This document shows positions 13,391 through 25,936 of a stretch of 64,000 bases of DNA, in pieces. Made by a program: the position numbers and the translations under genes. Under the pieces are notes generated by a model. That model did not search any database. It was not told the origin of the DNA and saw only the letters and a list, made by a program, of their open reading frames with translations. The first letter of the stretch is position 1, and the number at the start of each line of letters is the position of its first letter. Origin of the DNA: Balanoglossus misakiensis (taxonomy: Eukaryota; Animalia; Hemichordata); NCBI GenBank assembly GCA_040954595.2, contig CM082583.2, positions 11,570,636 to 11,634,635 on the forward strand, in the 5' to 3' direction.

Positions 13391-13692
13391 CTATACCCAT
13401 GCATATGAGATGAAAATGCGAAAATTAGCAAAATTTTCAAATTCTAGATTTTGTCATTTTTCGAGCGTTCATGAGCTATAACCCATGCATATGAGATGAA
13501 AATGCGAAAATGAGCAAAATTTTCAAATTCAATATTTTGTCATTTTTCGAGCGTTCATGAGCTATAACCCTTGCATATGAGATGAAAATGCGAAAATGAG
13601 CAAAATTTTCAAATTCTAGATTTTGTCATTTTTCGAGCGTTCATGAGCTATAACCCTTGCATATGAGATGAAAATGCGAAAATGAGCAAAAT
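13386..13692. repeat. 86-bp tandem repeat, ~3.5 copies, related to the 87-bp satellite
   Basis: Units start ATGAGCTATA at 13386, 13471, 13557 and 13643. They share GAGCTATAACCC(A/T)TG and AAAATGAGCAAAATTTTCAAATTC with the main monomer. Confidence 0.93.
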
Positions 13693-14522
13693 CCTTGACT
13701 TTGTAAATTATGCAAAAGTGTGTTTATTATAAATATAATACAATTTGAACAGGCATGTCATTAATTTTTATTACAAATTCTAAATCACTCGAGCCAGACA
13801 TTTTCTGTATATCACTTTAATGTTATCTCCCTATGGTAGAATGAAGCTCCTCTTTTATTATGCAGCATAGAGGGAAAAAATTACATTTAACGAACGGTGG
13901 AAAATTTTCTTAATATAGACGAAAATAGTTTCTTGACAACGGAACTGGACAGCTTTTTTAATCACTTCCCTGTTGCTAGGTAAACGGAAACAAAGCCGTC
14001 GCACGGCAAGATATTGTAGTCAGGAGTAATATTTATTAAGTGCAGTTGTACCAAATGATATTGTGTCGCCAAGAGCAACAATGTAAACAAATTACAGTTA
14101 CAACTGAGGAGCTCTATTCTTGGCGATACATCCTTGTGATCCGCATAAGAGGACTTGGATGTGTGTTTACAATGAAGAATTTCATAATGAATTGCCTCGT
14201 TGGGACTCTCTATTGATTCTCACTGAAGCGATTCCACCGGCGACGATCGCGAAGAAGTTGCAATTACTCAGCAATATGTATTGTACAGAATACAATTTTA
14301 AAGACGTTTCCTTCGCCTGATGAAAGTCCGTACGCAATTATCCGACACGCGCCAACTTCCATCAGAAAATAACATCCCCGGTCAGAGGAACTATTTTCGT
14401 CCTTGAAAATTTTGAATTCTTTTAAATAGTTTGACATTCATTTTCAGAATCTTGAGAATCCTAATTCCAATATTTCCACGTTTTTCTACAACATTCCAGC
14501 GTTGGACCTTTGCCTGGACACC

Positions 14523-14612
14523 TTAAAGGGACAGTAACTCCAACTATTTTCTCAGTATTTTTGTTTTGACTGTGGTTTCTTGCTGTGCTCTGTAAAACAA
14601 AAAACAAATTGC
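14523..14612 (+). mobile_element. End of a dispersed repeat beginning TTAAAGGGACAGT, possible non-autonomous TTAA-type DNA transposon remnant; diverged second copy at ~30419-30525
   Basis: Both copies share CTTAAA...ACTATTTTCTCAG...TGTGGTTTCTT...GTAAAACA. A weak 9-bp inverted match (TACTGTCCC) lies at 15569-15577. Confidence 0.45.
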
Positions 14613-16755
14613 TGAATGAAAGTGACATGTTACCTCCAAATCGAAACCCCGGATATCTGCAACAGCGGTCTATGTCGTGTAGTATCTTGTGTCATCTACC
14701 TACTCAGAGATAAAATCCGCCAACAATTTCTCTGACGTAAGTAAAATATTGGTGCTTTTAAATTCAGAAGAATACTGCTCTTAAATATTATACCAACGTG
14801 TAGCGACACAATGATTGTATCGTTACGCGTGTTTCGTGAAAGGCACGTGTATTCATACGCATCAACATCATACACAAATAGTTTCTCGGTCTAAAAGGCC
14901 ATTGTTTAGTAAAAGCGGGATGCCCTAGGAACGCATGTAGAAATTACCCCGTTGCTAGGGGATGGCATATCCACATATATAGTTATTATTATTCAGAGAA
15001 TCCGGAAAGAATGGGAGAAAATGATATTTTATTCTTAAAGAGATGTACGTTGGTTATCCTTGTCCATCTCTTTATTGCTTTAAAGAGTAGTTTTGACTGA
15101 AAAGGAAATTTCAGGGCCATTTAGAACAATTTTTCACTTATCTCACTGGAATTATTTCGACATAGTATGAGGTTGTGGTGATCATCTTACAACACACAAT
15201 GACCAGAGGAAATCTTTTCAATGGTATTTAAATCGTAGAGGCAACGTTAGGCACGGAAAGCGAAGTCACTCAAGCTAATCATCTTTTGATCGAATCAATC
15301 TTTATTGCCATATAAGATTTGTAAAATGTGGTTTTCAATGGTATGGTATTACTCAAGCTTTCGAAATTATTCATCAAAGTTCGATTTTACCTTCCAATGT
15401 TTTGCTCTATGGGGGGGGGGGCTATTTTCAATTGATCTGAGTCAAAAATTTGAAGAAGAAAAAATATTTCACGCTCTGATGTTAGTACATTAGACGCTTT
15501 ACGCAAAAGTGACATTCAAAGAGACAGAATCTAGGTGGGACATTGTATACTCTAGGTATTAGGATTGCTACTGTCCCCAAAGCAAATTAATAAATGAATA
15601 AATAAAAACTAAACTCAGGGAAAATCCTAAAGACTAACGCGTGGCGATTAACTTTCAAAACTTAGTCTAGCAAATGCATCAATATAATCATTTTTCGGTA
15701 ACTACAAAAATGCATTATCTGCCATTTATTGTAAACTGTGTAAAATGCTGCTCCGACTGAGATTTTTTTGTAATTATTTTATCCATACAAGGAAATGGTG
15801 GCAGGCTTTACAATCCCATGTCACTGACACAGACTGTTACAGCAACACAATACAGTTGCCTAGATAAAACATAGATAATTGCATAACCTTTGCAAACTTT
15901 AGATCCATATTACCTGTAAGCAACGAACACAAAATGTTGGGATGATTATTTCGCAGCCCGCAGTGGCCGTATCTCAAATGGTTTCCCTGAAGATGTTTTC
16001 CGTTGCTTGATATTGTTTCAAATAGACTCGGTCGTATTTTGTGCGGCTTCGGTTGGGCAAGACTGACATCGCCGGAAATTGCTTTGAAGCTTTGAGGTTG
16101 TGTAATTGTGAAATGAGATTTAAGGACAACTTGTAGATTCTACAGTTTTCCCTTCATTCGCAAAAAACGACGCTGTGCCTGGAACGGATAAAACATCCAC
16201 GGTTTGATATTAGAGAACAGAAGTAGAGGTAAAACGACTTGAAGACACTTGAATCCGTGCCTTGTCAAATTTGCATAAGAATAGACACTTGTCACCTAGC
16301 AACGGATAACCAGTCTCGTCAGGCACACATCCACTGTGCATGATGCTTATATGACTGGTGACGCTATAGGACGCACTGACAAGATAGAAATTGTTTTAAA
16401 GCGAGGACAAGTCAGGTTCATACTCCTACAATAAATCGGGGCGAGGCATCGCAGTTGTTATTGCCATGGATCGTGATGAGGCTGGCGAAGACGTCAATAT
16501 TTCGTGAAGGCAGAGTATCTCAATCTGCCATTAGCGCCGTGTGAGTATGCCTTCGTTCATCTATACTTCATGGATTGTGGATATAAACAATTACGGCGCA
16601 AAGTGTGCTGCCCACTCACACGGCGACATTACCACGTGCCCTTCCATCCATCCTTACCTTGCACTGATTCCCCGCGGTAATGTAATCCATTTCTTCTCGG
16701 TACAACAGGTCTCGACAGGAGCAACTGCGTTAGAATATCAGCTATAAATTAAACC

Positions 16756-17793
16756 ATGGTGGTGCAAAACGACGGAGAGGATGATGACAGGAGAGAACGC
16801 GACACTCTGATCGCCGTCACCGTCATCTACGTGATCGCCGCCTTATTTACGACCGTCGGCAACCTGACGGCGCTGGTGGTGATCTGTCGGACCAAGGAGC
16901 TGCGCGAGGTGACCCGGGTGTTCATGGCGAATCTGGCGGTGACGGACCTGTTGGTCGGCGTCCTCGTTCTGCCGTTCATCCTCCACACCGCTTTCACCGA
17001 ACACTGGGTCTTCGGATACGCCTGGTGCCAGTTTACCGGATTTTGTAATCTGCTTCTGTGCTCGGTTTCCGCGCTGTCTCTCACTGCGGTGAGTTGCGAG
17101 CGCTTCATGGCCATCGTGCATCCCTTGCGCTCTGTCACTCTGTTAACATTGAAGCGGTCCGCCATCGCCATCATTCTCATTTGGCTCTACGCCGCCCTGG
17201 GAGCCAGCATTCCGCTCTTCGGCATCGGTCGCTACGCGTACTTTCACAACCGCCTAACCTGTGGTCTCGACTACGAAAGTAACTTTGTGTTCACGGTGCT
17301 CGTAACTGTGCTGTATTTCGTGTTGCCAGTCTTTTGGGTTTTCTACATTTATTTCCATATTTTCAAGACAGCGCGACGGCACGCGAGGAGCGTGCACGCC
17401 CTTGTGATCGGCCTGCCTGGACACAGTGTCGGTTTTTCTGTCAAGGAAAGAAAAGCGACGTCCACCATATTTTTAATCATCGGTGTATATCTAGCCACCT
17501 GGACTCCGTTTACCATCGTCCAGCTGGTGTCGATGTCAATTTCAGACATTGAAATCCCGCATGAAATCGACAGAGTGACGACGTGTCTGCTGTTTTTGAA
17601 CTCAGCTTGCAACCCGTGGATTTATTGCGGCATGAACGCAGTCTTCAGACAGGGACTGCGACGGCAGGTGCGACTTCTCCTCACCTGCTGCGGATCGAAA
17701 TGTTCCTTCACCCGAAGCGGTTCTCAAAACCCCTCGGCCCCCAGCACCATTCAGACTCAAAACGCTGATACTCAATCCAATGCACAGAGTTAA
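16756..17793 (+). CDS. Intronless class A (rhodopsin-like) 7TM GPCR, orphan GPR161-like, 345 aa
   Basis: GN in TM1, NLAVTD in TM2, WVFG..WC, ERF (DRY variant), TM4 W, TM5 LP..Y followed by IFKTARRHARSVH, TWTP in TM6, NPWIY in TM7, and C-terminal CC. Residue 3.32 is Asn (not the aminergic Asp) and 7.43 is Phe (not the opsin Lys). AATAAA at ~18017. Confidence 0.93.
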   Translation: MVVQNDGEDDDRRERDTLIAVTVIYVIAALFTTVGNLTALVVICRTKELREVTRVFMANLAVTDLLVGVLVLPFILHTAFTEHWVFGYAWCQFTGFCNLLLCSVSALSLTAVSCERFMAIVHPLRSVTLLTLKRSAIAIILIWLYAALGASIPLFGIGRYAYFHNRLTCGLDYESNFVFTVLVTVLYFVLPVFWVFYIYFHIFKTARRHARSVHALVIGLPGHSVGFSVKERKATSTIFLIIGVYLATWTPFTIVQLVSMSISDIEIPHEIDRVTTCLLFLNSACNPWIYCGMNAVFRQGLRRQVRLLLTCCGSKCSFTRSGSQNPSAPSTIQTQNADTQSNAQS

Positions 17794-18625
17794 AACGCTC
17801 GCTGCCGCGGGCGCAAGTCTCCTGTACAATATGCTCGGACGAGTACTTCGTGACAAGAGGACTGAAACCGATCGCCTGTGTTCGTATTTCTTGCCTGGTT
17901 CACGTCTGGGTGACTAATGGACCGAAGAGACAGGATTTCCAGAAAAATCGTCGCGCATGAAGTCATTTACCCTTTACGATGGACTACCATCTCTTCTTAT
18001 TTTTACATTAACATTCAATAAATGTGGTTATGATTCACATACGTTTTATTAAATACATGTATCCCGATATTCCTAACCCGCACATTTTTCCTGTGCAGTG
18101 TTCAAAGTCTACGCTCAAAGAAAAATTCTTTCACTCCGTTTCAGCGTTGGTTTCCACTTTTAGCTAAAAAGAGGAGACAACCACGTTTCAATTCAAAAGA
18201 AGGCTTACGCACGAACAGAATCAAAGTATGTCCCATCTTTGCAAACTTTCCCCCCGGCGTGTAGTAGAGAGGGAGTCACCAATGAGTGCGCAATTTGTAT
18301 TATAAAACAATCCCTAGTCGGTTTTCTTACACTGTATAGTCAGACATTCGCACATATCTTTCACGAACACTTTGCGTAGGTCGATGTTCACCGTGAAGTT
18401 TATTGTATCGTGATCAGGTGGAGTGGGTTCAATAGTTTGAGATGGATATGGGGGTTGTCATGGTGACTTGCCTTGGGATCGGAAAATAAAACACCGCACT
18501 GATAATAGCGCGTGGCGCCTCAGACAATAGGTCGTGCAAGACATGTTCTACTAAGGGATATCGGAAATCTTAATCTTTAATGAAGTTTATACTCATGTGT
18601 ACCTGCTCACATGTTTCCTTTTAAA

Positions 18626-18688
18626 AAGACAGGCAGGCAGGCAGGCAGGCAGACTGGCAGGTAGACACCCAGGTAGACAGAGACAGAA
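18626..18688. repeat. (GGCA)n/(GACA)-type degenerate microsatellite
   Basis: agacaggcaggcaggcaggcaggcagactggcaggtagac... Confidence 0.8.
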
Positions 18689-21600
18689 TTTGAAGGATGT
18701 TTTTCGCGCGCCGACTTCTTGTAGAATCTAATAAGACACGCGGCTGAGTAACCATCCGTGGTACACGAGTATTTGCCTGAAGTTATTATGATTGTGAACA
18801 TATAGCCTCATTTTCACTCTTGTGCACTTCTAATCATCGTAACACTAACATAAAGCGATGAAGAGGTGACGTAAATTGTAACACAACACGATTCACAGTT
18901 TTTCCTCCTGGCGATTACAGTAATACCGTGTCTAGAGTTGACAAGAATATGAACGGGGATATAAAGTTACAAGAAACCTTCGAGGAAAGTGATTTCAATT
19001 ACGTCATTCAAACCTCGATGTAGTAGAAAACGGTGACGCAAACTTGCTGTTCACATTTGAAGTGGCTAAAAAGCCGCAATTTCCCTCGTTCTAATCTCTG
19101 CGCTTTGAAGCTCCGGTATCGTTTTTCTCAGACGTGCTTGATGTAATCTCGCTGGCCGTCTTCGGGATCTTGATTGTCAAGCCATGCCTGTTCATAGCTC
19201 CTTAAAACTTTAAGCTGTATAGTTTTTTCCTTGAGTTGCTTCTGGCTGCCTTTGAGGGTTTTGCTACCAACACGTACACTCAGTCAGGTGAAAAAGTTTT
19301 TGATGCGGTACAGATGAGAGAATCGAGAGATAGGAACCACTACAAAAGACCTCGTTAGAATTACCCTCATGCAGTCTGGTGCAATAGACAAGTTTCCGAA
19401 CTAGTCGAGATCATGCGAGATTTCGCGTGGCTAGTATAATTACATGGCATTGCTTTGTCACAACATCCAAAAGCCCGAGGGTTGCACGTCTTGAAAGCTG
19501 AATAAAACTTCCACTAATGACAAGGCGGTATTAACCGCTTATATCTGGTATATAATGGCTCTCTGATGTAATTGTACTCGTTCAACGTACTATAAATAGA
19601 ATCACTTTACCCAACTGCTGAGAAACCTCTCAATTATTCATCGAATTTCATTTTTTTATTCTCGTGGAAAAATACTATTGATATTTCAGATATTAATAGG
19701 CGGTTTTAAATTTCAATGCTAATGAGACGGTTTTTTATTCACTGGCGTGAAAGAATTTCCAGGCATTAAAAAGAATGTTTTGAAAAAGTCCAAGGGATTC
19801 GAATACATGGGGTAATGGGGATCTTCGTAGGCAGAATTTTTGTCTCGATTATGCACACGCTAACCAACTGGTATCGTTGTAAGTTGTCGTCGAGCGACTG
19901 TGCCTACAGATGATGCGGTTGTCTTTGCGCGAACAAATAGACCATGTTCCGATATTGGTCGCATAACAAGTCCTCCCCCCTCCTCTCTCACTATAAAATC
20001 ACTAGAGTATGAAAAAACAAACGTGTACGTAACATATAGAAAGATAAAAGTTTCCCGTAATGGATCTATAAAACCACTTTTTTCACGATAATATCTTAAT
20101 GCAAATGCATCTTATTCAGGTGAAGACTGACAACATCTCTCAAGCTTATCACTCATGCGCAGTGATTCTATCTTCTGTTTAACAAAACAATTCTACAGAT
20201 GCCATCAGACACGTTTAGTACGTGAAACATCGAACTGCGTCAATTTTTGGGACGACGCACGATTGCTCAGGTTTTTGTATTGTGTCCTGTCTGTGTATTT
20301 TCGATTTTTTTTTATAACCGCACATCACAGTACCGCCGACGCATTGTGCCAAAGAATCCTACTCCAGCTTAAAGTTCTACGCAGACAATAGACGGCCTTG
20401 CAACCTTACGAGTCTCGCGGGATCTTACCCTAAAAATAAATAAAAAGATGCCGACAGTATTTCAAGCATTCCATTTTTCCCACAAAGTCTCAAATTGACA
20501 ATTCTCTGTTGAAATTTTAGAGATGGCACGCTCCTTGGGAAGGTCATATTTCTCATTCGAGATGAGACTTATTTTCTGTGGTGATGGGCTATAGGCTAGA
20601 CTGATACAATATAATCGGCTTACTGGTCTTTGTAACTGATGAGAATGGACATGAAATCGGAGACGGGATGCCACATAAATTGGAAATCTGCGTTGAAGAA
20701 TTGTGCGATGAAATGATTGATATCGGAACACACAGAGAGGCCAGACAATTATAGAATATGATAGGCGAAAGCGATCTGTAATAGTTCATAAAAGCATTTA
20801 CCTCTTTTACGCTCTGAAATTTGATAGTGGTGGATAGACCACGGTGGGTCGGTGTTTTGGCCGAGTGGTGCGGGGCGAGTCTTGGGAAAGGGTCATCTTG
20901 TAGGCAGCTTCTGGTGCATAGTGATCACGTGACTGTCTCGTCAAATTCGATGGAAAACGACGTCTGTTGAATTAAATTATTATATGTGCGATGCACTCCA
21001 CTCAGTTGGCGCACCTGTTTGCATGTCTCCGTAACTGAATGAAATGTCCATCATAAATCGAGAGAACAATGATTGAGTGTAAATTCAAGAATGACCTGAC
21101 TTCTAAAAAGAGTACATGTACATGCTCAGGTGATGATAAATGTAGATCGATAGAATTTATGCTTCGGGGCTAACTGGGCTCTTAAAATTGATGTTTTTGA
21201 TACACAATTTAATCAGCAATAAACATTCCTGTGAGGGCTTGGTGCCATAAATGAAATATAGAGATTTATTTTGTACAAACCTATATGAAAACGAGAAAAT
21301 ATATTCATGCTTAGTTGATGACAGATTATAAGAAAAGTTTGGTTCGAAGATAAATTGGACGTCATGCATACATGGTGAAGGATGACGATCTGATTTTTTT
21401 CACAGAAATATTCTCAGTGATTTCTTATCTGCCATGGTAAAAGGCACTCAGTTTTTTTGCATTGTCTTAGTACTTACGCCAAGCTAAATAAGAACGGTCA
21501 TAACAAGAATATCCATTTCAATTCTTAATCGCTTTATTTCCTTATCTCTGAAGGAAAACTCTTATTTTGATATTTTGGTCTTACGTTCACGATAGATATC

Positions 21601-21951
21601 AGGTTGCAATCCAGCTAACGATTTAAAGTTGCTATCTCTCTTTGAAATGACATGATCATGTTGATTTCTTAAATTTCCCTGAATGTGAATTGCAAAAAGA
21701 TTTGTCATGCTTTTTTCATCTTTATTCATCTGGGGTTGAAACTAGCAACAAACATGGTTTCAACATCGTTCCTGGAGAGGTTCTCTGTGAGGGAGCTTTT
21801 CCTTGAAAGGGTCTAATACTCGCAAGCTGCACAAGTTCTTCAGTTGCTTCAAAAATTTTCTGAACATTTTCTTGTCTTTGTTTTTTCTTCTCTGACTAAA
21901 TTTGGCACCAAGAAGACACATGGCAAGATCAAACATGTACATATAAACAGT

Positions 21952-21978
21952 TTTATTCACTAAAAGTAAAAAAAAAAA
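21952..21978 (-). promoter_or_regulatory. Candidate cyclin B polyadenylation hexamer with adjacent U-rich CPE-like element
   Basis: Minus strand reads poly-T-ACTTTTAGTG-AATAAA about 0.5 kb after the stop codon. UUUUACU is a described non-consensus CPE. Confidence 0.55.
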
Positions 21979-22465
21979 GATACATATCAAAAGGGGACAA
22001 ATACATCACAGAGGAAACATTCCACAATAAATTTGAGATTTACAAGATTTTTCATAATTTCAGTTTTATAAGTTTTAAGACGCATTTATCTAATTTTTTT
22101 GTAACCTTCACAGATAGAGCCGCAAATAGGGCCTTTATAAGTTTTGGAATAAAAGTACTTTGATAATTTACAAAAGGTTTAAGAAAATTAAACATCTGAA
22201 CACCCTAGATACTACAAAAAATGTTGGGCCCTCGGTTTGCAGCTGTAAAAACCTCAAGATTACATTAATCAAATTGTGTAAATGTGGAATTCACAATAAT
22301 ACAGCAACAGGACAAACATACAACGATGTGAACAAAGTACAACAAATTTCTCAATAAAAGTTTCTCAAAAGTCCTGATTTGACGTAAACACATTGATTCC
22401 CATCCAGAAAGCAACCCCAGAGAAGTTAATACACAAATTTATTTTCGCTTCAACGTTTGGTAGCA

Positions 22466-25400
22466 CTACGTGGCCTGACTTGAAAGTTCTTTGACTATCG
22501 TCGACTTCAACTCCGGTATAGTACTGATCTTCATGAACTTACTGCTGGCATATTTGTTTTGCACGGCCTGTGTGGGTAAAAAAGAAAGAAAATGAGAAAA
22601 TCAACTTTATATATGCACTAATAAGCCGTATATCACGGCAAAATATTTTGCACATCCTAGCTGAAACTTCTGATGCATGTGAAAAAACAGCAAATGCAAT
22701 CTAGCAGCTGAGACAAATGGGAAAAACACCTCGGGCTGATTTAATTCATAAAACACCAGGTAGCCTCATTTGTTATGGCTTTGCTGGACAAGAATTATGA
22801 AAAAGGGAGATACCAAAACTGCAATAAATATCCCCAAGGTATTTTCATTTTTTCTGAGAACAAATTATCTTATGCAAAACCAGAGGTTTTTTATGCAGAA
22901 GAGATGGAGGATACCAGTGTAGAAAAATCCTGGAACTTACCTTGAGTTTTGCATTTTCTGCCTTGACAAGGACTTTGCACATCTTTCTGACAATTGGCAA
23001 AAGTTCAGTTTCAGAGTATGTGCTGTAGTAATGCAGAGTCTCTGTCCACGCAGGGTTTTCATCCAGAACTTTGATGGACAGAAGCAGCGCGGCCCCAGCG
23101 ACCTCGGACGGATCGTATTGCACAAAGTCGTATTCCTGAAGTGTGAGTTCCATGAGATATTTGGCCAGGGTGTGCTTTTGAGCATCAACCTGCACAGGAA
23201 AATTAGCATTATTTTTTTTTACTTCGAGGTAGGGCATATCAGATATTAACACCTCAACGGTGCACGAGAGAAACTTTGAAATTACCAAATTTCTAGTTTG
23301 GCTTTTTCAACTGATCACTGCTGGATTGTTACTTGTAACCTTGACACCCATGTGCTTCCAAGCGTCACAGAATAAAGAGAATGTGATGTGATGCAGCACC
23401 GGGGGTGGAACTGATCCCGCCAAACTGAGACAAATCTTAAAACGCCATTAAATAAACACTTATGACGTTGCCCATGGCAACATATCTGAAATGTCGACAT
23501 TCATCAATGTCGATTTCAGGGGGACTGCATCTTTTCACTCCTCAGAGGAATCAAAAGTGCATTATGTTGTTCATTCGAGTTAATGCTGGTTGGGTGGGTA
23601 TTGCCTCGTATTTGTAATTGTATCATTTGTCACATCACCATGAATTTATTATTTACAGGAGTTCACAGCAGTTATCAAAATTGTTGGGTTTTTATGGCTT
23701 GTTTTCAAATATGCAATCTGGTACACACTTCCTTACACTTAGAGAGTGTGGCGACTACCACTAATGGAGTGTTTTGCCAAACAAAAGAAATATCTCCATA
23801 TAACAATAACGTAATTGTTATGTAAATTAACAAACACAGAAGCATCAACAGTTTGTCTTACCCCTCCTGCTTTTGAGTTTCTTCTCAGGAAGTGCAGGCA
23901 TAAAGGCTTCCCTAGGCTGAAATCAATTGCCCTGAGCATGAGCATTTCCATGGCTCTGATCTGCGCTTTGGTATAAGCATTGTCTGTGATGTAAACAAAG
24001 TCTCCAATCTCTGGTGCATACATCTCTTCGTATTTGGATGCCAGGAACATGGCGGTGACACCCACAAGTTGTAGTTTGTTTCGAGACACTTGTTGCACCT
24101 GCACACAAAAAAAGAAATTTCATCAAGTTTCTTACAAACATATATTTATATATATAAACAAGACTTGGACCACGCTGTGTTCATTTCTTGTCAGTTCTCA
24201 CCCTACACAGCACAGCTTTATAGACTTTCAAACATCCTGGGCAACAAATCTGGACTTCTCACCTGCAAGAATCTATCCAGTATGGAGATTGTGAGGAAGA
24301 GAGTCTCTTGAAGGAGATGGAACCTAAGATGCACCTGGACCAGCCAGTCAATAAGGATAGACCGCATCTTTGAAGTAATCTCTTGGTGTTCCATGTAGTC
24401 ACCATTTACTTTGTATTCCCTCTGTGTGAAAAAATGAGCATTATTTCATATATAAGTTATAAATTGGTGAGCAATCAAAAGCAACATTTTTGTAAGGCTT
24501 ACACAAAACTGCTAACATAAAAATAGTTAAGTTTCACTTCATGGTGATAAACTGGACTTTACCTCAAGATCTCTCATATACTTGTAAATGTCGTTGACAT
24601 ATTCACTAACAAGCTGTGGATTCTCATGGTCGGCCTTGTCGATGTCTTCAACATTCTGCAACTGCAGTTCCGAGAAAGCTTTCTCTGCTTCTGTGTCTTC
24701 TAAAATGGTGTTTCGACAGTCGAAGAGAGATGGTGCTGGCGATTTCACTTTCTGCAAAACAGATAAATGAAGTTCACATTTAGGCATCGTACTGTCAATA
24801 GTCATTCACTACAAAAGTCCCATTATTTTATCTCTCAAAAACTGCTACCTTACCTCTTGTCTTTTCTCTGTAATGCCTGCTCTGTGAGGTGCGAGTTCTG
24901 ATATCGACTTCAGAGAAATATTGCGACCCTTGGCAAAAGTTGATTTGTTGATTTCCTGGCATGAAAAAAAAGTAAAAAATGTGGCATGAGACAAAACTTG
25001 TGTTGTCTTGGCTTTAAAATTTGCAACATACATGTACCGATGGTCATGGAGGTTGCTGAAAATTCACAGCCCTTCCTTTTTTGTGTTGCACATTTCTACG
25101 CATTTCAAACCATTCAAGAAAGTAATGATTACTTGTGTGGATGTTTTCATCACCAATACACCTACCTTCTTCCCTGCTAACTTGCCATCCCTTGCACTGA
25201 TAACATTGCCAATAGTTCCAAGTGCAGGTCTGGAAGCAGTTTGTCCTTTGCCTTTGACTGCGACAACGCCATTTTCTCTGTTGCTACCAAACCTCGTCGA
25301 ATGAAGAATACTAGTCTGTTGGACAAAGGCACAGGAATCAAATTAACTGTAGCTTGATTCAACATGTAAATAAGTGGAAATAAGAAATGAAGCCATTGAA

Positions 25401-25752
25401 CACCGCTTGGTGCAATCCTACAAACGCATGGTCAGCGCGACGTCAACCGGAAGAGCATAGGACCAAGTCGATACGCGCGTTATAAATGAACAATTTTTCG
25501 ACTCACGGGCCCGATGTGAAATTTACACACACGGTTATACAAAATATCAGAAATAAAGCTATCAACAGTCTTCTTTGGCGTATAAAATGGTGACACGTCG
25601 AAGCGTGGGCCTACCACAGAAGCCCAAAGCATATTGTGAAAATATTCAAAATGGCCGTTAGTGCGTTACAAAACGTGTCATAAAAGCAGGTCGAATTTAC
25701 TAGTTTCTTTCCTTTAACTTACCGAACTGCTTCTGGTAGCCCGAAAAGCCAT
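22466..25752 (-). CDS. CCNB: G2/mitotic-specific cyclin B, 8 coding exons (approx. 25752-25723, 25315-25166, 24957-24853, 24751-24562, 24421-24263, 24098-23862, 23189-22941, 22567-22466)
   Basis: Spliced by eye with GT-AG junctions: [10 protein letters not shown], destruction box [30 protein letters not shown], cyclin box [68 protein letters not shown], and [15 protein letters not shown] before the stop. Confidence 0.97.
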
Positions 25753-25867
25753 GGTTAGTCAATATTAGAAGTCAATGGCTCAATATATAGCATGAAAATT
25801 TACAATATCGTAAGCTGTTCGCTGCGTAGCGTCACTCAGTGTTAGTACTCTCGGAATGAGATAGAAC

Positions 25868-25936
25868 GCACTTTGAAATTGCGCTCTTTTGTACTGATTG
25901 GTCCGTCTTATTTATCAACATCTACTCTGATTGGTG
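25868..25936 (-). promoter_or_regulatory. Cyclin B promoter: two CCAAT (NF-Y) boxes 33 bp apart plus a CHR-type TTTGAA element
   Basis: ATTGG at 25897-25901 and 25930-25934 (CCAAT on the minus strand). TTTGAA at 25872-25877 with GCGC beside it, 120-180 bp upstream of the ATG. Confidence 0.75.

Noticed and set aside
14523-15582. Complete ~1.06-kb TIR element
   Set aside because: Only 9 bp of inverted match and no TTAA at the right end, so only the left end is reported.
16756-17793. Opsin or biogenic-amine receptor assignment
   Set aside because: No Lys at 7.43 and no Asp at 3.32.
17942-17953. Satellite-like 12-mer GAAAAATCGTCG in the GPCR 3'UTR
   Set aside because: Too short, with no flanking similarity; chance is plausible.
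20462-20789. Coding-looking stretch with short ORFs on both strands
   Set aside because: No recognisable domain, stops in candidate frames, and no consistent splice pattern.
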